From assembly GCA_017629245.1 (NCBI GenBank), contig JAGBXO010000009.1, positions 38,256 through 102,255 on the forward strand: a DNA stretch of 64,000 bases, read 5' to 3'. Position numbers and translations under genes: made by a program. How positions within the stretch are numbered: position 1 is the stretch's first letter; each line of letters starts with the position of its first letter. The notes beneath the pieces are model-generated. The model searched no databases. It was not told the origin of the DNA and was given only the letters and a program-made list of their open reading frames with translations. This document shows positions 52,666 to 60,165 of the stretch, one piece after another. Source of the stretch: Alphaproteobacteria bacterium (GTDB lineage: Bacteria; Pseudomonadota; Alphaproteobacteria; Rs-D84).

Positions 52666-54972
52666 ATGAGAATAAATAATATTGTGTTTTCTGGTGTTAT
52701 GGCAACGATTTTGATGTCGGTTGCTGGTGTGGCCGGTGCAGCGACTGTTAATTTGGCCAGTAAGAACTATGTTGATGATGCGTTGGCGCAGAAACAAAAT
52801 GTATTGACTGCGGGTGAGGGGATTGAGATTTTTGATAATGTTGTTAAGTTAAAGCATGATATGCCGGATTTTAATAATTTTGCGAAGCATAGTGATTTGT
52901 CTGCTTTGGAAAAGGCTTTGAAGGCAGAGATTATGGCAAAGCATGCGTCTGGTGATTATGCGACAGCGGCGCAATTGCAGGAATTGAAAAATACAGTAGA
53001 GGCTTTGCAAACAGGTGGTGCGGACAAGGCTGCGATTGAAAGTTTGCAGGCGTCGGTTGCGACGATTAGTGCGGATTATGCGAAGAAAAGCGAATTGAAT
53101 GCGACTGAACGGGATTTGCGCAATGCGATTAGTACAGTTGATGCAGCGGTCAAAGCGATTGATTTGAGTCAGTATGCAACGGTTGATGATGTTGATGCGA
53201 AGTTGTTGCTGAAGGCAAATGCAAGTGCGTTAAATACATTAAAGACAACATTGGAAGCAGCGATTGCGGAAAAGCAGGATAAGGGTGATTATTTGGTGGA
53301 ATCTGATTTGGCGGAATTGCAGAATGCGGTTAATGCATTGGATTCTGGCAAGGCAGATGCAAGCACGGTCACAGCGTTGCAGACAGCGATTAATAATTTG
53401 GGGAATACTTATTCAACAAAGGGTGAATTGAGTGATGTTGAAGCCAGATTACAGAATGCGATTTCGGCAATTCAAATCCCAAGTTTGGATGGTTATGCCA
53501 AGTTGACAGATATTCCATCAACGGCGAATTTAGCGACCAAAGCAGAATTGGCAACCAAGGCAGATGCAAGCGCGTTGAATGATTTGGTGACAGGTGAAGA
53601 ATTGGAAACCTTGCGTACGAATTTAGAGGCGGAAATTGCAAAGAAACAGGCATCAGGCGATTATGCGACGGCAAATGCATTGAAAGCGGTTTCTGATTCG
53701 TTGGCAGAATATGCAAAAACGTCAAATGTTTATACCAAGGCAGAAGTTGATCAGAAAATTGCGGACGCAGCATCGGGTGGGGATATTGACCTGTCGGGTT
53801 ATGCAACAACATCTGCATTGGATGCTTTGAAATTATTGGTTAATGGCAATGCGACCGAGATAACCAATTTGAAAAATGCGGGATATCAGACAAAATCAGA
53901 TGTTCAGGGTGCGATTACAACAGCAGTTGCAGATTTGGCAACCCGTAGTGAACTGGGTGGGTATGTAAAATCCTCTGAATTGGCAGAGGTTGCGACAACG
54001 GGTTCCTATAATAGCTTGTCTGACAAACCGACAATACCTTCAATTGAAGGGTTAGCAACCAGTGCCGAGTTGCAGGCGTTAGAAGATAAAATTGCAGAAA
54101 AGCAAGATGCAGGTAATTATTTAGAAGATGCAGATTTGGCAGAAATTAACGCTGCGATAGCGCAATTGCAGTCTGGTAAGGCGGATGTGGCGACGGTTAC
54201 AGCTTTACAGACAGCGATTAATAATTTGGGTGGTACCTATGCATCTGATTCGGAATTAACCACAGCGATTAATAATGTTGTAGCATTGATCCCGTCTGTG
54301 CCGACAGATGTTTCTGCGTTTACAAATGATGCAGGGTATATTACCAGTGCGGCGTTGGATGGTTATGCGACTAAGTCAGAAATTCCATCAACGGCAAATC
54401 TGGCGACCAAAGCAGATTTGGCAACCAAGGCAGATGCAAGCGCGTTGAATGATTTGGTGACAAGTGAAGAATTGGCAACCCTGCGTACGAATTTAGAGAC
54501 GGAAATTGCAAAGAAACAGGCGGCGGGTGACTATGCGACGGCGACTGCGTTGAAGGCGGTTTCTGATTCGTTGGCAGAATATGCAAAAACATCAAATGTT
54601 TATACCAAGGCAGAAGTTGACGAGAAGATCGCAGGTGCTGCATCAGGTGGAAATGTTGATTTGTCTGGCTATGCAACAACATCTGCATTGGAAGCATTGC
54701 AGGCATTGGTTAATGGCAATGCGACTGAGATAACCAATTTGAAAAATGCGGGTTATCAGACATCAACAGATGTTCAGAATGCAATTACAACAGCGACAGA
54801 GGGGTTTGCAAGTCAGGATGATTTGGCAGGTTATATGGCAACGCCGGCAAATCCGGGGACTGGAAAATATTTGTTGTCTGCAACATGTACCAGTAAAAAG
54901 TGTTCATATTCATGGAAGTTGACCAGTGAAATTGTTGGTGACGGTTCTGATGGTACTGTTGGTGAAATATAA
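52666..54972 (+). CDS. Fibre-family paralogue 2 (768 aa): Ala-rich repetitive tail-fibre-like protein
   Basis: Signal peptide MRINNIVFSGVMATILMSVAGVAGA. Mature N-terminus ATVNLASKNYVDDAL. Internal duplication of about 288 aa. EVATTGSYNSLSDKPTIPS motif. Tip GKYLLSATCTSKKCSYSWKL. Confidence 0.65.
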   Translation: MRINNIVFSGVMATILMSVAGVAGAATVNLASKNYVDDALAQKQNVLTAGEGIEIFDNVVKLKHDMPDFNNFAKHSDLSALEKALKAEIMAKHASGDYATAAQLQELKNTVEALQTGGADKAAIESLQASVATISADYAKKSELNATERDLRNAISTVDAAVKAIDLSQYATVDDVDAKLLLKANASALNTLKTTLEAAIAEKQDKGDYLVESDLAELQNAVNALDSGKADASTVTALQTAINNLGNTYSTKGELSDVEARLQNAISAIQIPSLDGYAKLTDIPSTANLATKAELATKADASALNDLVTGEELETLRTNLEAEIAKKQASGDYATANALKAVSDSLAEYAKTSNVYTKAEVDQKIADAASGGDIDLSGYATTSALDALKLLVNGNATEITNLKNAGYQTKSDVQGAITTAVADLATRSELGGYVKSSELAEVATTGSYNSLSDKPTIPSIEGLATSAELQALEDKIAEKQDAGNYLEDADLAEINAAIAQLQSGKADVATVTALQTAINNLGGTYASDSELTTAINNVVALIPSVPTDVSAFTNDAGYITSAALDGYATKSEIPSTANLATKADLATKADASALNDLVTSEELATLRTNLETEIAKKQAAGDYATATALKAVSDSLAEYAKTSNVYTKAEVDEKIAGAASGGNVDLSGYATTSALEALQALVNGNATEITNLKNAGYQTSTDVQNAITTATEGFASQDDLAGYMATPANPGTGKYLLSATCTSKKCSYSWKLTSEIVGDGSDGTVGEI

Positions 54973-55034
54973 GGTTGTGATTTAAATTAATAGTACAGGT
55001 GGGAATTAATACAAATATTGATAAGAGAAGAAAA

Positions 55035-56183
55035 ATGACAAGGAAAATATCTTTTTTGCTGCCGTTTTGTATTTTTGTTGCATTGTCTAATGTGGCATAT
55101 TCAGCGGAAAATTACGCAAGTGAAGAATATGTTGATGATTTGTTTTTTGAGGTTATAGACTATGTTGATAGCACAACTACGCCTATGAACAGAACCATGA
55201 AAACAAACGATAATCAGCTTTTTGAGAATCAGGTTGTGTTGCGTGATATGTTGAATGCCAGAGATGCTGATGATAATTGGATTCAGTTAGATACAGAAGC
55301 GAAGTTGGCGATTCCGGCGATTAATGAATTGCATTCGGAAATGGCGGGCAAGCAGGATGTGATTACAGCGGAAAATCCGTTGGCGGTGGAAAATATTTCG
55401 GGGTTGTCTGAAGTGGCGACGACGGGTTCATATAATAGTTTGTCGGACAAGCCGGAAATCCCATCGGTGGATGGATTGGCAGAAAAGTCATATGTTGATG
55501 AAGAATTGGCTAAGAAAGTATCGGCAGAAACGATTCAGAATTTGGAACAGAATATAACAAATAATTATCTGACCAAAACTGATGCCCAGAATACATATTT
55601 GACACAAGAAACTGCATCAGAAACATATGTAACAGAACAGCAAGTGACACAACAGATAACAAATGTTGTTGGTTCGGCGGATTCTGGTTTGTTAAAAGAT
55701 GTTGCAGATAACAAAGCGGCAATTGCGACTAAGGCAGATAAGTCTGCATTGGAAACAGCGGTTGCGGATTTAGATGCCAAGATTGACCAGGCAGTTATTG
55801 ATTCTTCAAATATTGATTTGTCCAGTTATGCAAAAACCGAAGATGTTGCCAAGACATATGCAACAATTGGAACTGTTGATGCGGTTGAAGGTCGGGTCGA
55901 TACAATAGAGGCAGCTGGCTATCAAACTGCAGGTGATGTTCAAGGGGCGATTACAACTGCAACCAAAGATTTAGCGACAAAGTCTGAGTTGGCAGGTTAT
56001 GTGTTGGCCGATTCTTTGGGTGCATTGGCAACTAAGGATTCTGTTTCGACAGATGAAATTCAAGCAAAAGCTGTGACTATGGACAAGATTGCGGGACGTG
56101 AGCCTGTGGCCGGTGAAACATTACTGATGTCTGTTGATGCAGAAGGTAATGTGACATGGTTGTCAGTAGAGATTTTGAAGTAA
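55035..56183 (+). CDS. Fibre-family paralogue 3 (382 aa)
   Basis: Signal peptide MTRKISFLLPFCIFVALSNVAYSA. ASEEYVDDLF. EVATTGSYNSLSDKPEIPS. Tip GETLLMSVDAEGNVTWLSVEILK. The start is ambiguous (GTG at 54999 is possible). Confidence 0.6.
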   Translation: MTRKISFLLPFCIFVALSNVAYSAENYASEEYVDDLFFEVIDYVDSTTTPMNRTMKTNDNQLFENQVVLRDMLNARDADDNWIQLDTEAKLAIPAINELHSEMAGKQDVITAENPLAVENISGLSEVATTGSYNSLSDKPEIPSVDGLAEKSYVDEELAKKVSAETIQNLEQNITNNYLTKTDAQNTYLTQETASETYVTEQQVTQQITNVVGSADSGLLKDVADNKAAIATKADKSALETAVADLDAKIDQAVIDSSNIDLSSYAKTEDVAKTYATIGTVDAVEGRVDTIEAAGYQTAGDVQGAITTATKDLATKSELAGYVLADSLGALATKDSVSTDEIQAKAVTMDKIAGREPVAGETLLMSVDAEGNVTWLSVEILK

Positions 56184-56224
56184 AAAAATAATCGAAATAT
56201 TAAAAAAAGGAAAGGACGGAAAAA

Positions 56225-57208
56225 ATGAAAGTAAAAAATATTATGTTTTCAGGCTTTGCGGCGGCCGTTTTTGCAACGGTATGTGGGGCAGCTGTTGCAG
56301 CAGATGTGTCTTTGATTTCAAAAGATTATGCAGATGCAAAATTGCAGGCAAAATTGACAGAGGGGCAGGGTATTAATATCGCAGAACAGGCAGATGGTAC
56401 AACAACGATTTCTGCGGATGTTGACCTGTCAACATTGGCGACAAAAGAATCTGTAGAGGCATTGGGTAATAAACTTGGTACATTGCAGAATGAACAGGGT
56501 GAAAGTATTACTGTTCAGGCGGCCTTGGCAGGTAAGCAGGATACATTGACAACTGAACAACAGGCGGCAATTGATTCTGGGATTGATTCTGAGGCGGTTG
56601 CCCAAATTACAACCAACAAGAATAATATTTCGGGGTTGACAACACGTATGACCGAAGCTGAATCTGATATTCAGGCGAATACCGAGGCGATTAATACTTT
56701 GAGTGGTGGAAACGGCAGTGAGGGTGTTGCGAGCTTGATGCAGGATGTTAAGGATAATACGGCAGACATCGCAAAATTGAATGCAGATGCGCAAACAGAA
56801 GGTTCGGTTGCAAAGTCTATTGCTGATGCCTTGGCAAATGGCAATTATGTTGATGAAACCGAATTGACACAAAAAGGCTATCAGACGGCAGGTGATGTTG
56901 AGACAGCGATTAACAATTTGAATTTGGGCGGAAATTATCAGGCTAAGTTAGATGATACACAGATGAAGGCGGTTAATTCAGGTGTTGATTCAGATAAGGT
57001 TGCTGCGATTGCTACAAATACCCAGGCAATTGCGGATAATGCTGCAGAAATTGCTAAAAAGGTTTCGGTTGTGACTACGGCGGGCACATATCTGGTGAAT
57101 TTTGATGCAACGGGTGCTGTATCATATGCGCCAATTAAGATTTTGGACAAAGACGGTAATGAAATCACATTGAATGGTGAAAGTGCGGTTAAGCCATCTG
57201 CAAATTAA
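56225..57208 (+). CDS. Fibre-family paralogue 4 (327 aa)
   Basis: Signal peptide MKVKNIMFSGFAAAVFATVCGAAVA. ISKDYADAKL. Shares identical DNA tracts with paralogue 5. Tip GTYLVNFDATGAVSYAPIKIL. Confidence 0.65.
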   Translation: MKVKNIMFSGFAAAVFATVCGAAVAADVSLISKDYADAKLQAKLTEGQGINIAEQADGTTTISADVDLSTLATKESVEALGNKLGTLQNEQGESITVQAALAGKQDTLTTEQQAAIDSGIDSEAVAQITTNKNNISGLTTRMTEAESDIQANTEAINTLSGGNGSEGVASLMQDVKDNTADIAKLNADAQTEGSVAKSIADALANGNYVDETELTQKGYQTAGDVETAINNLNLGGNYQAKLDDTQMKAVNSGVDSDKVAAIATNTQAIADNAAEIAKKVSVVTTAGTYLVNFDATGAVSYAPIKILDKDGNEITLNGESAVKPSAN

Positions 57209-57284
57209 TATAAATAGTGTCACCCCATAATATTTTGGGGTGGCATTTAAAAATAAAAAACGAAAGAAAAGAAAGGAAATAATA

Positions 57285-58253
57285 ATGAAAATTAAAAATG
57301 TTATGTTCAGCGGTGTTATGGCGGCAATTCTGACGATGTCTGTTGGTGCTGCGATGGCAGAAGGGGAAACGGCGGCAATCAGTGTTGCGTCAACAGGTTA
57401 TGTTGAAGCCAAAGTTGGTGCTTTAGAAACAAGTGTTCAGGGCGTTTATCAGACGAAAGCGGATGCTAAAACAGCGGCAGATGAACAGAAGCTAATCGAT
57501 GATAAGCAGACCCAGGACATCAAGTCAAATACAGAAGCGATTAACATGTTGGGCGGTGATTCAGGTGCGGAAGGTGTAGCAACATTGGTAAGTGATGTTA
57601 ATACGAATAAGACTGCGATTGAAAAATTGAATGCAGATGCGCAAACAGAAGGTTCGGTTGCGTATAAAATTGCCCAGGCTGTTTCAGATGAATCATTAAG
57701 TAAGTACACAACAGATGCAGAATTAGAAGGAAAAGGCTATCAGACAGCTGGTGATGTTCAGACAGCGATTAACAATTTGAATTTGGGCGGAAATTATCAG
57801 GCTAAGTTGGATGAAACACAGATGAAGGCAGTTAATTCTGGTGTGGATGCTGATAAAGTGTCTGGGTATGATTCTGTGGTTTCGGCTGTTAACAACGAAA
57901 AAAGTGGTTTGGTTGCTACATATGATATTGCCACTGCAAATAAGGCAGCAATTGAAGCCGAGAATACAGGTCTGGCCGCGGCGCATACTGCAATTGCGAC
58001 ATTAAATGGTGCTGATACCGAAGCGGGGTCTGTTGCATATGCGGTTAAGGGATTGGCAGATGGTGCAGTTGCAACAAATACTGGTGCAATTGCGACATTA
58101 AATGGTGCTGATACCGAAGCAGGGTCTGTTGCACATACTGTAAAGGGTTATGCGGTTCCAAAACCAGGTGCTAATTGTGCACATGCAAAATGTGTTTTGT
58201 CAGTTGATCAGGATGGGGCTCCATACTGGATGGAATTGGCATTATCATTATAA
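57285..58253 (+). CDS. Fibre-family paralogue 5 (322 aa)
   Basis: Signal peptide MKIKNVMFSGVMAAILTMSVGAAMA. ASTGYVEAKV. 32-aa tandem repeat. Tip CAHAKCVLSVDQDGAPYWMEL. Confidence 0.65.
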   Translation: MKIKNVMFSGVMAAILTMSVGAAMAEGETAAISVASTGYVEAKVGALETSVQGVYQTKADAKTAADEQKLIDDKQTQDIKSNTEAINMLGGDSGAEGVATLVSDVNTNKTAIEKLNADAQTEGSVAYKIAQAVSDESLSKYTTDAELEGKGYQTAGDVQTAINNLNLGGNYQAKLDETQMKAVNSGVDADKVSGYDSVVSAVNNEKSGLVATYDIATANKAAIEAENTGLAAAHTAIATLNGADTEAGSVAYAVKGLADGAVATNTGAIATLNGADTEAGSVAHTVKGYAVPKPGANCAHAKCVLSVDQDGAPYWMELALSL

Positions 58254-58272
58254 TCATATTTTGACCAATACG

Positions 58273-58304
58273 CAGGGGCAAAGAAATGCCCCTGTTTTTT
58301 TTTT
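58273..58304 (+). terminator. Rho-independent terminator after paralogue 5
   Basis: CAGGGGCA-AAGAAA-TGCCCCTG followed by T10. Confidence 0.8.
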
Positions 58305-58334
58305 ATAAAAATACGGCAGTGTGTTTTTTTGGTC

Positions 58335-58364
58335 TTTACACGATTCGGGCAAATATGATATAAT
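58335..58364 (+). promoter_or_regulatory. Promoter of paralogue 6 (TTTACA - 18 nt - TGaTATAAT)
   Basis: Read directly. GATTCG in the spacer. Confidence 0.55.
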
Positions 58365-58394
58365 GCACCATACGAAAGAAAGGAAGGGAATATT

Positions 58395-60053
58395 ATGAAA
58401 AAATTAACTGCGGGTATTTTTTCCGTATTGTTGGGGCTGGTGTCTGTGGGTTCTGCAAATGCAGCCGTTGTTTCAACTGAATATTTAGAAGATGTTTTGG
58501 AAACACAATTGGCAAATATGCAGACAACAATGACTGCAACTGGACCGGTAAAGATTGAAAATAATGTTATTTCTGTTGATATGGGTGCTGTGTCTGAAAT
58601 AGGGACAAACCTGGTGACGGCAAAGGATATTTATGCGGCGGTTAATGCAGCGGTTGCAGATCAACAGGTAAAGTCTAATTTGGTTAAGACAGGTGCAGAT
58701 GGATCGGTTGTTGCACCAGCAGTAGGGACGGAAAATGAACACTATCCATCGTATGCGGCAACGGTTAAAATTGCCGAGAATGCGGTTGGTATTTTGACCG
58801 GTGGTGTTTCTGCGTTGGAAGGTGATGTTTCCACATTAAAGACAAATGTTGCAGATATCAAAGAGAATATTGGTAACCTGGGCGAAGGTGTGACGGTTGA
58901 ATCTGCGTTGGGATTAAAGGCTGATAAAACTGCATTAGCGGCAACGGATGAAAAGGTTGCGGCAAATGAATCTGCAATTGCGGCGATTAATAATGCAGAA
59001 ACAGGTGTTCTGAAACAGGCCCAGGGCTATGCAGATACTAAGGTTTCTGAATTGGCAGCAGGTGCGGTTAAAACAAATGCGGATGCAATCGCAGCAGAAA
59101 AATCTGCACGCGAGGCGGCGGATGCACAATTGCAGACAAACATTAATCTAAAGGCAAATGCTGCAGATGTTTATTCCAAGACCGATGCTGATGCAAAGTT
59201 TGAAGCACAAGCGGCTGCAACTGCGAAATTGCAGGCGGCCAAGGATTATGCGGATGCACAGATTAAAACACTGACAGATAGTTTAGGTGGTACTGGTGAA
59301 GATGGTTCTAGTACTGGTTTGACTGGTGTGGTTGCATCCCAGGGGGTTAAGATTTCTGCATTAGAAGACAAGGTTGGTGATAAGTCAGTTGTTGCGCGTA
59401 TAGAGGAATTAGATTTCTCGGATCAGGCGGTTGATAAAGAATTTGTAACAGCGGTATCCCAGGAAAACGGTGTTATTACTGTGTCACGTGCAGCGTTGGC
59501 CGAATCGGATATTCCAACATTGTCAATTGAAAAGGTTGAAGGTTTGCAGGCGGCATTGGATGCAAAACAGGTTAACCTGACCGGCCAGCAAGGTGTAATC
59601 GTTATTGCAGATGGTGTTGTTTCAATCGCAGCTGGTGGTGTTGGAACGGCGCAATTGGCAGATGCGGCCGTAACAGAAGGTAAGATTGCCGATAATGCAG
59701 TAACAGAAGGTAAGATTGCCAATAATGCGGTGACATCGACCAAGATTGCAGATGGCGCAATCACCAAGGGTAAGATTGGTGAAAGTGCGGTTGAGGCAGG
59801 AAATTTGGCAACGGGGGCAGTGCTAGAAGGAAATATTGCCGCCGGTGCCGTGACGGCGGATACAATTGCGAAAAATGCAGTTGGTTCCGATCAATTGGCG
59901 TCGGATGTTAATTCGTTGCTGGCGGGGGCGATTCAGGCACCGTCGGAAACAAATGCTGATGGAACCTTTGTCTTGACGGCCAAGAAAATTACTGTCGATG
60001 GCAAAGTGACGTATTCATATGCGTGGGAAGATATTGCCGGACGCAGTGAATAA
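58395..60053 (+). CDS. Fibre-family paralogue 6 (552 aa) with 11-residue (A/G)xV(T/E)xGKIAxN-type repeats
   Basis: Signal peptide ...VGSANA. VSTEYLEDVL. Repeats AAVTEGKIADNAVTEGKIANNAVTSTKIADGAITKGKIGE. Tip GTFVLTAKKITVDGKVTYSYAWEDI. Confidence 0.65.
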   Translation: MKKLTAGIFSVLLGLVSVGSANAAVVSTEYLEDVLETQLANMQTTMTATGPVKIENNVISVDMGAVSEIGTNLVTAKDIYAAVNAAVADQQVKSNLVKTGADGSVVAPAVGTENEHYPSYAATVKIAENAVGILTGGVSALEGDVSTLKTNVADIKENIGNLGEGVTVESALGLKADKTALAATDEKVAANESAIAAINNAETGVLKQAQGYADTKVSELAAGAVKTNADAIAAEKSAREAADAQLQTNINLKANAADVYSKTDADAKFEAQAAATAKLQAAKDYADAQIKTLTDSLGGTGEDGSSTGLTGVVASQGVKISALEDKVGDKSVVARIEELDFSDQAVDKEFVTAVSQENGVITVSRAALAESDIPTLSIEKVEGLQAALDAKQVNLTGQQGVIVIADGVVSIAAGGVGTAQLADAAVTEGKIADNAVTEGKIANNAVTSTKIADGAITKGKIGESAVEAGNLATGAVLEGNIAAGAVTADTIAKNAVGSDQLASDVNSLLAGAIQAPSETNADGTFVLTAKKITVDGKVTYSYAWEDIAGRSE

Positions 60054-60082
60054 AAAAAATTTTATTTCAGGTGATTTTATTG

Positions 60083-60112
60083 TAGACGGCGATTCGCGTT
60101 TTATGATAAAAT
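60083..60112 (+). promoter_or_regulatory. Promoter of paralogue 7 (weak -35, extended -10 TGaTAAAAT)
   Basis: Read directly. GATTCG lies 10 nt upstream of the -10, as in the promoter at 51682. Confidence 0.45.
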
Positions 60113-60165
60113 ACACCTGAAGAGAAAGAGAACAAAAAACAAAACAAAAAGAAAGGAAGGAAAAC

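Noticed and set aside
56874-57860. Diversity-generating retroelement (template/variable repeat pair) acting on the fibre tips.
   Set aside because: Mismatches between the repeated tracts are scattered, mostly synonymous, and not adenine-specific. No reverse transcriptase gene is present in the window.
60066-60121. 8-bp inverted repeat (TTCAGGTG ... CACCTGAA) flanking the paralogue 7 promoter, considered as an invertible phase-variation switch.
   Set aside because: The repeats are only 8 bp long and enclose about 40 bp. That is far below the size of known invertons, and no invertase gene is nearby. It is more likely chance or a weak RNA structure.
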